A DNA stretch of 64,000 nucleotides, taken from positions 543,517-607,516 of the forward strand of contig CAWBDJ010000001.1 of assembly GCA_963787615.1 (NCBI GenBank). The letters are read 5' to 3'. A program made the translations under genes and the position numbers. Every line of letters begins with the position of its first letter. Position 1 is the stretch's first letter. The stretch comes from an uncultured Acidobacteriaceae bacterium. Lineage in GTDB: Bacteria > Acidobacteriota > Terriglobia > Bryobacterales > Bryobacteraceae. Positions 18,229 to 29,254 of the stretch are shown here, piece after piece. Below the pieces are notes generated by a model, which worked only from the letters and a program-made list of their open reading frames with translations, did not search any database and was not told the origin of the DNA.

Positions 18229-19689
18229 CTACAGCTTGATCCAGCACCACTCCTTTGAGTACGGCACCCGGCTCATGCGATATCCGGATTTCAATCCCGT
18301 GACTACGTTGTCGCTCCAGTTGAAACCGCAACCCTTCTCGGCATCGTACAAGCCCGGCTCCTCCGAGAAGCACATACCGCGATGTAGCACCGTGTTATCG
18401 CCCAACGCCAGATACGGAGCTTGGTGGCCCTCCGATCCTTCCCCGTGCGCCGGCCGGTGATAAATGTAGTTTTGAACTCCGTTGTCCACTTGGTATTTGT
18501 GAATCTTGTACGCCACGCTCGAACAGGTCGCGCCCTCCACTTGTAGCTCTACTTGCATATCGCAGGTGTGCTGGCTCACCTCCCAAAGCTTCTGCATGTG
18601 CGAATCGAAATTGCCGGCGGAATCGGCAATGATACCCGCCCGGTAATTCTCTCCGCCGCATCCGCCGATGTAAGCGTCTCCTTCAATCTGGAACGCCATG
18701 TTGCGTCCGATCCGCTGGTAAATCGGCTGGTTGGGGTGCGGATAGCCTGTGAGCGGTCCAACCCGCACCTGCAGCGACACCTCGCTGGACACCCCATGGT
18801 GCGAAGCTCCGTTCGCCAAATTCAGTTCCGAAAGCAGTTGATCGTTGATCCACAGCGTAGTCGCCGCCCCGACCTCATAATCGGTCACGTCCGTTCCATG
18901 GGTCAGCATGTAATCGCGTGCGAACGCATGCGCGCGGTCGAAGTAGATGTAAGCCCGGCGGCACAAGGCCAGCTCTTCCGGCGTTTTCATCTGACGCATC
19001 TTCAAAACAGTTTCGGAAATGTCTACCCACTCGATTCCCGGCAGTACTTCTTTCGCTTTCGCGAGATCTTTTGGATAGAATTCGCCATCAAGACCGATTT
19101 TTTTCCCCTGAATACCTCGCTTTTTGATGCCTTGCAGCATGAACTTGAACAAATCCACAGTCTTCCCCTGCGTCACCGTTCCTTCGTTGGGGAATCCGCC
19201 TTCGGAATGCTTGAAATCGAAGTACATCAATCCATCGCCGTACCACCAACTCTTGACCAGGTCTCGATCCAACGCCGGATAGAAGTACCACGGATCGGCA
19301 TCGTTTTTGTTCATGAAAGTGGCTTGTGGCCGCTCGGTGGTGGTGTGCCAGTATCCAGTTAAATAAATCACGTTCAGTGGATCGCGTAAGAGGAATGCTT
19401 CGATCCCGCGTTGCCCGAGCGTATCTTTGAGGCGTCGCACGGCCTGCTTGTTCCACTCCAGTGGAAGCCGGTCCGTCGTAGCAGGTTGCGGCGGCCCTTC
19501 CTCGCCCGGCTTCGATGCCAGCAGCAACTTCTCGCTGGTCCCGGAGCTTTGCGCTTTCAAGTTTTGCGTCCAGGACAGGTTCGTCGGGGTGGACTGCATC
19601 GCCGCAACTTTGTCAACGCGCGACAGGAATCCGCCACCAACGACCGCCAAACTACCGCCCTTCAAAATTTCCCGACGACTTCGTTTCAT
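18229..19689 (-). CDS. M24-family Xaa-Pro peptidase/creatinase-like, Tat-exported
   Basis: Tat leader MKRSRREILKGGSLAVVGG. An N-terminal creatinase/prolidase-like domain precedes a pita-bread C-terminal domain (HHGVSSEV..., GMCFSEEPGLY). Confidence 0.7.
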   Translation of the reverse strand: MKRSRREILKGGSLAVVGGGFLSRVDKVAAMQSTPTNLSWTQNLKAQSSGTSEKLLLASKPGEEGPPQPATTDRLPLEWNKQAVRRLKDTLGQRGIEAFLLRDPLNVIYLTGYWHTTTERPQATFMNKNDADPWYFYPALDRDLVKSWWYGDGLMYFDFKHSEGGFPNEGTVTQGKTVDLFKFMLQGIKKRGIQGKKIGLDGEFYPKDLAKAKEVLPGIEWVDISETVLKMRQMKTPEELALCRRAYIYFDRAHAFARDYMLTHGTDVTDYEVGAATTLWINDQLLSELNLANGASHHGVSSEVSLQVRVGPLTGYPHPNQPIYQRIGRNMAFQIEGDAYIGGCGGENYRAGIIADSAGNFDSHMQKLWEVSQHTCDMQVELQVEGATCSSVAYKIHKYQVDNGVQNYIYHRPAHGEGSEGHQAPYLALGDNTVLHRGMCFSEEPGLYDAEKGCGFNWSDNVVTGLKSGYRMSRVPYSKEWCWIKL

Positions 19690-19796
19690 GTATCCGACAA
19701 CTCCTTGTTACGTGCGCCTCGCAGCTTGCGCCAAACTTTCGGCGGAGTATATCACGTGCTGACCGGTTATCGGCGGCGCAGCAGCGACTTCCCCGG

Positions 19797-20444
19797 TCAG
19801 CGGGACAGCTTCCTTCGCATCATCCAGGCCGCTATCGCAGCCAAGGTGAGAACGAGCGTGGCGATGAACGTATAGCGTTGAACTAGCCGCATCGTCGCCT
19901 GCCAGTTTTCCCCGACGAAGTATCCAATAGAAAGAAAGGTCGCGACCCAAACGGCTGCTCCCGCATAGGCGAACAGCGCAAATGTTTTGTATTCGAGATC
20001 CGATGTGCCTGCTGCCAATGCCGTAAAATGACGCACGCCCGGTATGAAGTACCCGATCGCAAGAAGCCATTCTCCCGCGCGCTGAAACCAGCCGTGTATC
20101 CGATCTAAGCGCTCGTGCGTCAGGTGAAGCCAGCGTCCGTAGCGGTTCACCACCTCGATTCCGAGTGTCCGTCCAATCAGGTAACTGATCGATATCCCGC
20201 ATGCGCTGCCTGCAAATCCAGCCGCAAACGTAAGCACCGGATGCAATCGTCCTTTCGAAATCAGATATCCCGAGAAGACCAGCAGGGTCTCGTCCGGTAT
20301 CGGCAGGCCGACAATGCCCAGAACCAGCAGAGTGAATAAGCCGGCGTAGCCGTAATGCGACAGCCATGCGAGCAGCGCGTCCATGCTTCGGGTAGTCAGA
20401 GGATAACAGGGTGTTACCTGCTTTAACGCTCTACGGCAACTCAC
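19797..20444 (-). CDS. DedA family membrane protein
   Basis: YGYAGLFTLLVLGIVGLPIPDETLLVFSGYL and FIPGVRHF motifs. The true start may be the internal MDALLAWL. Confidence 0.75.
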   Translation of the reverse strand: MSCRRALKQVTPCYPLTTRSMDALLAWLSHYGYAGLFTLLVLGIVGLPIPDETLLVFSGYLISKGRLHPVLTFAAGFAGSACGISISYLIGRTLGIEVVNRYGRWLHLTHERLDRIHGWFQRAGEWLLAIGYFIPGVRHFTALAAGTSDLEYKTFALFAYAGAAVWVATFLSIGYFVGENWQATMRLVQRYTFIATLVLTLAAIAAWMMRRKLSR

Positions 20445-20473
20445 AATCCACTCTTTTGCGATACGATTTCCCT

Positions 20474-20785
20474 ATGGCGAATCCTGCAAGCTCGAGCTTC
20501 GAAGTAAAGTGTCCCTGCTGTGAAGCGACGCTGCACATCGACCCCGAAATGCAGATTGTCATTCATCATCGCGAGGCGGAAAAAAAACCGGCTATTGAAG
20601 ATTTGCATACTGCCGTTCAGCAGCTCAAAGGAGAAGCAGACCGTCGGGCCGACGTTTTCGAAAAGAGCTTCGCATCGCATCTCAGCAGTGAAAAGGTCCG
20701 CGACAAGAAGTTCGAAGAACTGCTGAAGCAGGCCAAAGAAGACAAATCGGGCGCGCCGCCCAAGCGCCCGTTCGACCTCGACTAG
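20474..20785 (+). CDS. hypothetical small protein with possible N-terminal zinc ribbon and coiled-coil/charged tail
   Basis: MANPASSSFEVKCPCCEATLHIDPEMQIVIHH... followed by a Lys/Glu-rich helix. Start chosen at the internal ATG. Confidence 0.45.
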   Translation: MANPASSSFEVKCPCCEATLHIDPEMQIVIHHREAEKKPAIEDLHTAVQQLKGEADRRADVFEKSFASHLSSEKVRDKKFEELLKQAKEDKSGAPPKRPFDLD

Positions 20786-20789
20786 CTGC

Positions 20790-21215
20790 TCACGATTGGT
20801 CTAGCTGTTCGGAGAAATCTCCGCGCGCGAGTCGCCTCACGAAATCCAGATCGCCGTCGAGGAAGTCGAGTGCGGGCAGCTCACGCAGATCCGTCCAGCA
20901 GATCTGTTCAAACACGCGGCCTTTCGGTTCGCCCGCGAACTCCGGGACCGCGAAGAACAACAGGTGCACGCGGCTGCCGCTCGGATAGTCGTGCTCATAG
21001 CGCGCCAGTTCGCGGCCGACCTTTGCATCGATTTGCAGCTCTTCTCGAAGCTCCCGAACCAGCGCTTCCTGCGGCGACTCCCCTTGCTCCACTTTCCCGC
21101 CTGGAAACTCCCACTTAAAAGGATGCCGGTCGCTTCGGCGCCGCTGCCCCACCAGCACATGCCCGTCGCGGTGGATAATTCCCGCCGAAACAAGGAGTGG
21201 CGCACGCGTTTTCAT
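20790..21215 (-). CDS. mutT: NUDIX hydrolase, MutT-like (8-oxo-dGTP diphosphatase family)
   Basis: Nudix box GKWEFPGGKVEQGESPQEALVRELREELQI. The 141-aa size is typical of MutT. Confidence 0.75.
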   Translation of the reverse strand: MKTRAPLLVSAGIIHRDGHVLVGQRRRSDRHPFKWEFPGGKVEQGESPQEALVRELREELQIDAKVGRELARYEHDYPSGSRVHLLFFAVPEFAGEPKGRVFEQICWTDLRELPALDFLDGDLDFVRRLARGDFSEQLDQS

Positions 21216-21281
21216 TTCGATCGATTCAGCCCGACGAATTAAGCTTAGATCGGAGAACGTCCGGGCCGCTACTCGATCGTG

Positions 21282-23964
21282 CTATGCGGCGCCGCCAGAG
21301 GCGATCAATTGCCGCAACACGTAAGGCAGAATGCCGCCGTTTCGATAGTATTCGGCTTCCTGCGGCGTGTCGATGCGCACCTTCGCTTCAAACTCCACCT
21401 TCTTGCCGTTGCTACGCGTGGCAGCTACCCGAACGTTCGTCGATGAAGCAATAGCAGCCGCAACACCGGAGATTGAATAGCTCTCCTCTCCCGTCAACCC
21501 CAGAGATTCATGAGTGTCGCCGCTCTGAAACTGCACCGGCAACACACCCATCTGCACCAGGTTCGATCGATGTATGCGTTCGAACCCTTCCGCAATCACT
21601 GCTCGTATGCCGAGCAACAGCGTGCCTTTCGCCGCCCAATCCCGTGATGAGCCCGACCCGTACTCTTTCCCGGCAATCACGACCAGCGGTACGCCTTCCG
21701 CTTTGTATTTCACCGCCGCATCGTAGATGAACATCTTTTCGCCGTCCGGCATGTGCCGCGTCCAACTGCCTTCCACGCCCGGCACCATCTGATTCCTCAG
21801 GCGAATGTTCCCGAAAGTTCCGCGCACCATAACTTCGTGATTTCCGCGGCGTGCGCCGTAACTATTGAAATCGCCCGGTTTCACACCGAGGCTGATTAGA
21901 TATTTCCCTGCCGGGCTGTCTATCGCAATGGAACCCGCCGGTGATATATGGTCGGTCGTAACTGAATCCCCCAGCACCGCCAAGGCCCGCAAGCCATCCA
22001 TGTCTTGAACGAACGTGCTCGGATCTACTAAAGTCTCAAAGTAAGGCGGTTGTTTGATGTAAGTGGAATCGGCGCTCCACTCGTAAATACTGCCCGTCGG
22101 TACTTTCAATGAGTTCCAGTTATGATCGCCTTCGAATACCTCCGCATACTCTTTCCGGAAAAATTCAGTGCGCGCCGAGTGCGTAACGACCTCGTCGACT
22201 TCCGCTGAGGTAGGCCAAATGTCTTTCAGACATATATTCTTCCCTTTGGCATCCTTCCCAAGCGGCTCTTTCGTGATATCGATATCCACTCGTCCCGCAA
22301 GCGCGTATGCCACCACCAGCGGCGGCGACGCCAGGTAGTTAGAGCGCACCAACGCATTCACGCGGCCTTCGAAATTTCGGTTGCCGCTCAGTACTGCCGC
22401 CACGTTCAGCTTTCCTTCCGTCACTGCGGCGGCAACATTCTCCGGTAACGGGCCGCTGTTCCCAATGCAGGTCGTACAGCCGTAACCAACCAGGTGAAAG
22501 TTGAGCTTCTCCAGGTAGGGCATCAAGCCGGCATCGTTCAAATAATCGAAAACCACTTTCGAGCCTGGAGCTAAAGAGGTCTTCACCCACGGTTTTGATG
22601 TCAGCCCCTTTTCAACGGCCTTCTTGGCCAGTAACCCGGCGGCGACCATTACGGACGGATTCGACGTATTGGTACAGCTGGTAATCGCGGCGATTACTAC
22701 CGCGCCGTCGTGAATCTTTTCTTTATGGCTGTTCACTTGGACTTCCGCCGTTTTAGGGGACCCTCCCAGCGAAGACAGGAAATTCTCCTTCACGTCCGGT
22801 AAGTCGATGCGGTCTTGCGGACGGCGCGGACCCGCTAACGAAGGAACAACCTTCGATAAGTCAAGCGAGAGCGTATCAGAGTAAGTCGGCTCGGGCGAAT
22901 CCGCTGTTAAAAATAAGCCCTGCTCCTTAGCGTATGCTTCCACTAAGTTCACGTGTTCTTCTGTGCGGTTGGTTAGTCGCAGATACTCGAGAGTCACCGC
23001 GTCTATAGGGAAAAAGCCGATCGTCGCGCCATATTCCGGAGCCATGTTACTGATCGTGGCGCGATCGGCGAGCGACAGCGCAGCCACGCCCGTCCCGAAG
23101 AACTCTACGAACTTGCCCACCACGCCTTTCTTCCGAAGCATCTGTGTAACTGTGAGGACCAAATCGGTAGCGGTGGCGCCTTCGGGCAACTTGCCGGTCA
23201 ATTTGAATCCAACCACTTGAGGCAGCAACATCGAAATGGGCTGCCCCAGCATGCAAGCTTCTGCTTCGATGCCGCCGACACCCCAGCCCACCACGCCCAC
23301 GCCATTGATCATTGTTGTATGCGAGTCGGTGCCCATCAACGTGTCCGGATAGGCCTGCAAAACGCCCTTGGATGAGTCGCTAAAGACTACGCTGGCGAGG
23401 TATTCGAGATTCACCTGATGAACGATGCCCGTGTCGGGGGGGACTACGCGAAAGTTGCCAAATGCCTTCTGTCCCCAGCGCAAAAATCCATACCGCTCTT
23501 GATTTCGCGAGAATTCGAGAATTGCGTTCTGCTGGAAAGCCGCATTGGAGCCGAACTCATCCACCTGTACCGAGTGGTCGATCACAAGATCCGCCGGGAT
23601 TAGCGGGTTGGCAAGCTCGGGATTCGCCCCAAGTTGTCTTTAAAGCATCCCGCATCGCGGCTAGATCGACGATGCACGGCACGCCCGTAAAATCCTGCAG
23701 CAGAATCCGCGCCGGCCGGAACTGTATCTCCTGCGCTGCCGTTTTCGAATCCCACTTGGCAACATACTCGATGTCGGCCGCTTTCACCGTGCGGTCGTCC
23801 TCGAAACGCAATAAATTTTCGAGCAGGACCTTGATGGAATAGGGAATTCGTGCCGTCTTTACACCACTCACGCCTTTCTCGAGCGCATCGAGACGAAAGA
23901 TCTGGTAATCGCTGTCGTTGACGCGCAGCGTCGCAGCAGCACCGAACGAGTTTTTACTGGCCAT
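21282..23964 (-). CDS. acnA: aconitate hydratase AcnA; frame broken by a 1-nt insertion near 23634-23640
   Basis: The N-terminal ORF (23557..23964) reads ...[24 protein letters not shown]. The 767-aa ORF then carries [12 protein letters not shown]...[13 protein letters not shown]...[11 protein letters not shown]. Deleting one A restores [31 protein letters not shown]. The total of ~894 codons fits AcnA. Confidence 0.9.
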
Positions 23965-24037
23965 TTGATTCTCAGCGGATAATCGGCTACCCTCTCGCGT
24001 GGTCTCCGCTATGCGCGTCTCATTTTAGTTTAGATCT

Positions 24038-26028
24038 CTACATATATTCCGGCTGCTCAATGCCCAGAACACTGAGAGTGCCGAGTAATTGCTTACGCAC
24101 ATATTCCGTCAACCACAGCAAAACAGTGCGTTTCTCCAGGTCTGGTTCCGTGATGACGGGTTGCTCCTGATAGAAGATGTTGAACGCCTGCGCGAGCTGA
24201 AACGCGTATTTCGCTACATGCGCGGGCTCGCCGGAGGCAATCGACCTTTCCACCACACTGTCGGATTTCGAAGCAAGCAACAGCAGCTGCCAAAGATTTT
24301 CGTTTTCGAAGTAGCGCTTCAGGATCTCCGGAGTCAGCACTCGCTCGAATTCCGGAAGTGTCTCTCCCATAGCGACGAATTTACGAAGAATGTTCTGCGC
24401 TCGCACAGCCGCATATTGCACATACGGCCCGGTCTCTCCTTCAAAGCTGAGCGCTTCCTGAAAATCGAAGGCAATCACCGAATTTCTCGTGAACTTCAGC
24501 ATGAAGTACCGCAGTGCGCCTACCGCAATTTGGGTCGCGACGTGCTGCCGGTCTTCTGGATTCGTCTCCGGATGCCGGTGCTCCACCTCCGCCAACGCCG
24601 TCTCCGTCAATTTGTCGATCAGATCGTCAGCCTTAACCCCCAGCCCCTTGCGCCCCGATACCTCGACGTAGGCGCGCCGCTTGTCGTCGTCCGACAGTTC
24701 GATTCCGAGCTCAACGCACGTCCGCGGTGAGAGGGCGACCATTTCATACGAAAAGTGAATCGAGGCGTCCGCCTGCTCCTTGAAATCCAGCGCTCGGAGT
24801 CCCGCCACTACGACGTCTTGAAGATAGGACTGCCGCGAATCGATCACGTTGAACACCTTTGAAGCATGGCCAAATTTCGGCGCAGAGTCATCCCCACGCT
24901 GGTCGGTCGTCACCCAAACTTGTTGGCCATCCGGATAAGCTGACCAGGGGCGATACAAGAAGTCTTTTCCCAGCAGCCCGAATTTCCAGAGTTGGTAAGC
25001 GATGTCCTTGCCCACGTACGTAACGGTTCCGTTCGATCGCACAATAATTTTGTTGTCGTCCTCGCTCGTCTTCCCGTCCTCAGCATTGGTGGCAGTCTCG
25101 CCTACCTTGAACGCGGATGCCGGCATTACCCAACAACCTTTATTCTTTCCAACGGTTTCCAGGTACACAGCATTCCTTCGCTTTAACAATTCAAATGCGA
25201 TTGCCCAGAACTGCAGGTGAATGATCTCGCTTTCACGTGGAAGTAGCTCATAACGCACCGATAATCGGTACATCGTGCGGAGGTGCAGTCCGACAATCGC
25301 GTCACCTACCTGGTGGCCGAGAGTCGCGAGCTCTCCCGTCCCCGCCTCGATGGCGTGGAGAGTTTCACTCCGCCAAGCGAGCGACGACGGCTCCTCTTTG
25401 TAGTGGGCCGAAACACGAGCGTACAGATCCCAACAGAGATAGTCGAAGCGCACGTTCGAATCATCGATGAGGACTTGAACATCGGCTGGTGTTTTCCGTT
25501 CCAGGAAGTGGAATCCAGCGACAACATCTGCAACCTGCACGCCCGTGTTGTCGATATAATTCTGCACCTCGACCGTCCGTCCGCGCCTTCGCAGCATTCG
25601 TGCGAACGTATCGCCTAAGACGGCGTTGCGAAGGTGTCCGATGTGTGCCGCCTTATTCGGATTGATATTCGTGTGCTCGACGATAATCTTTTCCGCATTG
25701 ACGCGACTCTCTTCAATCAGGTCGGCCTTGCGCAGGAGCTGACCTGTGTACATTCCCCTGTCCAGTCGCACATTGATGTAGCCGTTTCCGGCACTCTCAA
25801 GTGACGCTACGCCGGGCATCGTCCGGAAGTCCGCGCGCCAACTCCTCCGCGATCTGTTTGGGTGAGCGCTTCAGCTCACGGGCCAACTGAAACGCGACCG
25901 GTATGGCCAGTTCTCCGAACGAACTTTGCCGCGGCTGCTCAAGTAATACTTTAACTGTCGCGGCGAATTTGGACTGAACGTACTCCTCGACGGCCGCTGG
26001 AAAGCCTAGCTTCGATGTCCTGGAACAT
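24038..26028 (-). CDS. argS: arginine--tRNA ligase; N-terminal domain split over three frames by two 1-nt insertions
   Basis: The main ORF has the class I HIGH motif (NPNKAAHIGHLRNAVLGD) and an anticodon-binding C-terminus. The upstream text MFQDIEARLSS / AVEEYVQSKFAATVKVLLEQPRQSSFGELAIPVAFQLARELKRSPKQIAEELARGLPD / MPGVASLESAGNGYINV is readable only by shifting frame at ~25995 and ~25821. Confidence 0.9.
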
Positions 26029-26452
26029 TAGTTCTCAGTATGCCGAAGTTCATCGTCCATCCGTAGAGAAACCCGACTCGTACAATGAGGGTGTGCCCAA
26101 AGTGACGTTCTTGCCCGAGGATAAGACGGTTGAATTCGAACCGGGCAAGCTTCCGTACGCGGATCATGGCAAGCCGGGCTCCATCCTGGACATCGCGCTC
26201 AACTTCAACATTCATCTGGAACACGCCTGCGGCGGCAGTTGTGCCTGTACCACCTGTCACGTCATCGTCGTCGAAGGCGACAAGAATTTGTCGGAAGCAG
26301 ATGACGACGAACTGGACCGGCTGGATATGGCCGCCGGCCTGACCCTTCGTTCCCGCTTGGGGTGCCAAGCCGTCGTAAAAGGCGATGTGCGCGTCGAAAT
26401 CCCTGCGTGGAATCGTAACTACATCAGCGAAGGTGGAGTATCGACGCTCTAG
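26015..26452 (+). CDS. 2Fe-2S ferredoxin (adrenodoxin/ISC Fdx type)
   Basis: HLEHACGGSCACTTCHVIV...LGCQ cysteine pattern. The listed ORF start overlaps the divergent argS start codon (26028), so the true start is probably an internal GTG around 26093-26102. Confidence 0.75.
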   Translation: MSWNISSQYAEVHRPSVEKPDSYNEGVPKVTFLPEDKTVEFEPGKLPYADHGKPGSILDIALNFNIHLEHACGGSCACTTCHVIVVEGDKNLSEADDDELDRLDMAAGLTLRSRLGCQAVVKGDVRVEIPAWNRNYISEGGVSTL

Positions 26453-26470
26453 CGTCTCGCCGTAACAGGC

Positions 26471-27427
26471 TTACCGGCTTTTCAACGTCTCCGCCGCGTT
26501 GCTTCTGAGCGCAGGCAAATAGGCCAGCAGCTTGTCAACAAGGTCGCCGGAAATATCCGCGCGCACGTGAACCACTTCTTTGTCTTGATCAACATGAATC
26601 GCATCGTACATCTGGAGAAGGTCTTGCTGGTCGTCTTTGGTGGTCAGACGCCCGAGCGCTACTCCCGCGCGCAGGCCGTCGCCGACTCGCTGAGCCCCTT
26701 GCGGCGATACGCAGGTCAGGTCCGCCGCTAAGTGCGCTCCCGTGTCGACGCCCAATCCAATACTCGTGGCGCGCACGTAACCAACGATATTGGAGAGCGC
26801 CGATTCGTAGTCGGATCGTAGGGGCAAGTCCGTAAAGGGCAGCCCGCCGCGACTTACCGCCCAGATCTGATCGTTTCTGGGCACCGAGCCTAGCTGCGCT
26901 TCCAATTCCCGCGGCACTGTTCCGCCATCCCGATCTCTGAGATCAAGGGCTGCGTGCAACGATGCAACAGATCCCTCCACCGCGATGGCGGGTTTCAAAA
27001 ACACCAGCGAGTTCTCGTCGCTACCAAGGAGCGTATATCGTCGGTAGGGCTTTCGCTCTGCTCCCATCGCGATGAGTTTCTGCTCCACGACGTTGGGCGT
27101 GAATCGCCCGCGTATCATAAACAGCGGACGCTCCCCCGTCCAGGCAATTAGGAGACTGGACACATCGCGTCGCGGATCTAAGCCGATCCGTTCCGACGAA
27201 GCATCGAGCAGCGGAAAATTCAAACTGCTCTCATGCCGCCGGTAAAGAGCGGCAGCTTTCAGCTTGTCCACGTCTGCCCCCACGAGCACTCTCGTATCCG
27301 CCGGAATGAGGGAGCGCAAGGCCGGATCCACGGAGACGCCGGTCCCGGCTTGCGGCCGGCAGCCCACTCCACCAACTAGCGCAGCAAGCACCCCGACCAG
27401 CAGAAGGAACGTGAAAACGTAACGCAC
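26471..27427 (-). CDS. hypothetical exported (possibly lipo-)protein, third gene of an ABC operon
   Basis: 318 aa starting MRYVFTFLLLVGVLAALVGGVGC. The GTG start directly abuts the TAG stop of the permease gene (27428..27430). Confidence 0.5.
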   Translation of the reverse strand: MRYVFTFLLLVGVLAALVGGVGCRPQAGTGVSVDPALRSLIPADTRVLVGADVDKLKAAALYRRHESSLNFPLLDASSERIGLDPRRDVSSLLIAWTGERPLFMIRGRFTPNVVEQKLIAMGAERKPYRRYTLLGSDENSLVFLKPAIAVEGSVASLHAALDLRDRDGGTVPRELEAQLGSVPRNDQIWAVSRGGLPFTDLPLRSDYESALSNIVGYVRATSIGLGVDTGAHLAADLTCVSPQGAQRVGDGLRAGVALGRLTTKDDQQDLLQMYDAIHVDQDKEVVHVRADISGDLVDKLLAYLPALRSNAAETLKSR

Positions 27428-28276
27428 CTAGAAATCCCGCTTCTGAAAGATATATATCGCGCTCGAAAGCACTAACACGCCAAACGCCGCCGACGTCCAC
27501 ACCGGGGTCCACCAGTCAGCGTGCCTGTCCAAAACGATGATCTGCCTCATCGCGTTCGCCAGATCGTAGACCTTCGGAATGCACCAATACAGACCCATCC
27601 AAAGCTGGCGCGGCCAACCGGGATTCAGCACTCTGAGCATGAAAGCCGTTTGCGCCAGCACCGCACTGATCAACATAAGTGCCACCGATACCATCACCGA
27701 TAACGCTGCGCTTTCCGAGCGAACTCCGATCAGCACGACCACGCAAAGCAGAACCGCGAAGATGAATAAGCTCGCGGGTATGGCCAGCAGAAAACGCGTC
27801 TCCCAGATATGCGTTTTCAGGCCGATGATGATCCAGATGCTAACGATCAGATAAATGTGATTCGTCGCCACCACGAGTACGTTGCCGGCATATCTTCCTA
27901 ACAGCAGCATGGGCCTCGTAATCGGTTTCGAAAGCAAAAGCGAAATGCGCCCTGCCTCAAGCACGCTCGGAATCAAACCGGAGGACGCAAAGACCGCCAG
28001 AAGCGTCCCCCAGATGTACAGAAAAATGGAGATGAACGCGTATGAGGTATTGACGAACTTCCGCACATCGAGGACTCTGCTGGTGGACTCAATTCCGAGA
28101 ATTGATATGGCGCCTTCCACCAGATCGATCTTCAAAACGAAAAGAAATATTGCGATCAACAGCGTGGAGAGCGCGAACAGGCCCCCGAAGAGCCAGCGCG
28201 CCCGTGCTTCTTGAAACGTATCGCTGATCAGCGCCATCAGCACGCGTAATTTGGAGCGTTCCAGCGAATCGGTCAT
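27428..28276 (-). CDS. ABC-2 type transporter permease
   Basis: 282 aa with about 6 TM segments. Its start overlaps the ATPase gene stop as ATGA (28273..28276). Confidence 0.65.
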   Translation of the reverse strand: MTDSLERSKLRVLMALISDTFQEARARWLFGGLFALSTLLIAIFLFVLKIDLVEGAISILGIESTSRVLDVRKFVNTSYAFISIFLYIWGTLLAVFASSGLIPSVLEAGRISLLLSKPITRPMLLLGRYAGNVLVVATNHIYLIVSIWIIIGLKTHIWETRFLLAIPASLFIFAVLLCVVVLIGVRSESAALSVMVSVALMLISAVLAQTAFMLRVLNPGWPRQLWMGLYWCIPKVYDLANAMRQIIVLDRHADWWTPVWTSAAFGVLVLSSAIYIFQKRDF

Positions 28277-29208
28277 GCAGCCTTCTCGGATTCTGTCGCC
28301 CGAATGAATACGTCTTCCAGGCTGCTGGTCGAAGTAGAAACACTTTCAATGAGGCCGCCGGCCGCGCGCACCTCATCGATGACTCGATTCGATTCTTCGC
28401 GCGTCACGACCTGAATCTCTACCGCATCTCGCATCGGTACGATGACGGCCCCGGAGCGTCGGAAGCTCGCCAGCACCTGCTCCGGCAATTGCGTCGCAAT
28501 GACGCGATATCCCCGCCCAGCTATCAAGGCGCTCACCTTGCCTTCGAGTACGAGGTTGCCTCGATTCAAAATTGCGACGTGATCGCAAAACGACTCCACT
28601 TCACTGAGCAAATGAGAATTGATGAAGACCGTTACGCCTGTTCCGATCAGCCGGTTGAGGATTTCACGTATGTCCCGCCGGCCAACGGGGTCGACGCCAT
28701 CTGTTGGCTCATCCAAAACGAGAAGCTGCGGCTGGTGAATAAGCGCCTGCGCCAAACCCAAACGCTGCAACATGCCCTTCGAATATTTTTTGAGTCGAAC
28801 GTCGCCCCAATCCCTCAGCCCAACCAGTTCCAGCAGCTCCGGAATGCGCCTCTTCCGATGTGCCGCCGTAACTCCGGAAAGCGCTGCGTAGAAATCCAGC
28901 ATGCCGCGTCCAGTGAGATACGTGGGGAAGCGATGGTTCTCCGGCAGATACCCGACCGGCCTGCGCGCTTCCGCATCTCGCGCATTCTTTCCGAACAGTT
29001 GGGCAGACCCTCCGCTCGGATTCACCGCTGCCAACAGCATCTTCACGAAAGTTGTCTTCCCTGCCCCGTTCGGACCAAGCAATCCGAACTTCACCCCAGT
29101 CGGTACGCGCAGCGTTAAGTTGGAAACCGCTTTGATTTCACGGCCTCGGAAACGCGATCGATAGATCTTCTCGAGACCTACCGTTTCAATCGCGTACTCG
29201 CTGGTCAT
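28273..29208 (-). CDS. ABC transporter ATP-binding protein
   Basis: Walker A GPNGAGKTT, signature YSKGMLQRLGLA, Walker B LLVLDEPT. Confidence 0.9.
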   Translation of the reverse strand: MTSEYAIETVGLEKIYRSRFRGREIKAVSNLTLRVPTGVKFGLLGPNGAGKTTFVKMLLAAVNPSGGSAQLFGKNARDAEARRPVGYLPENHRFPTYLTGRGMLDFYAALSGVTAAHRKRRIPELLELVGLRDWGDVRLKKYSKGMLQRLGLAQALIHQPQLLVLDEPTDGVDPVGRRDIREILNRLIGTGVTVFINSHLLSEVESFCDHVAILNRGNLVLEGKVSALIAGRGYRVIATQLPEQVLASFRRSGAVIVPMRDAVEIQVVTREESNRVIDEVRAAGGLIESVSTSTSSLEDVFIRATESEKAA

Positions 29209-29254
29209 GTACCTTTAGGATACGAACCGAGAGCGTCTTTCGTTCCCGACCAGA

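Noticed and set aside
29209-29254. A cobalamin or other riboswitch upstream of the TonB-dependent receptor.
   Set aside because: The intergenic space is only 46 nt and is shared with the divergent ABC operon, too short for such an aptamer.
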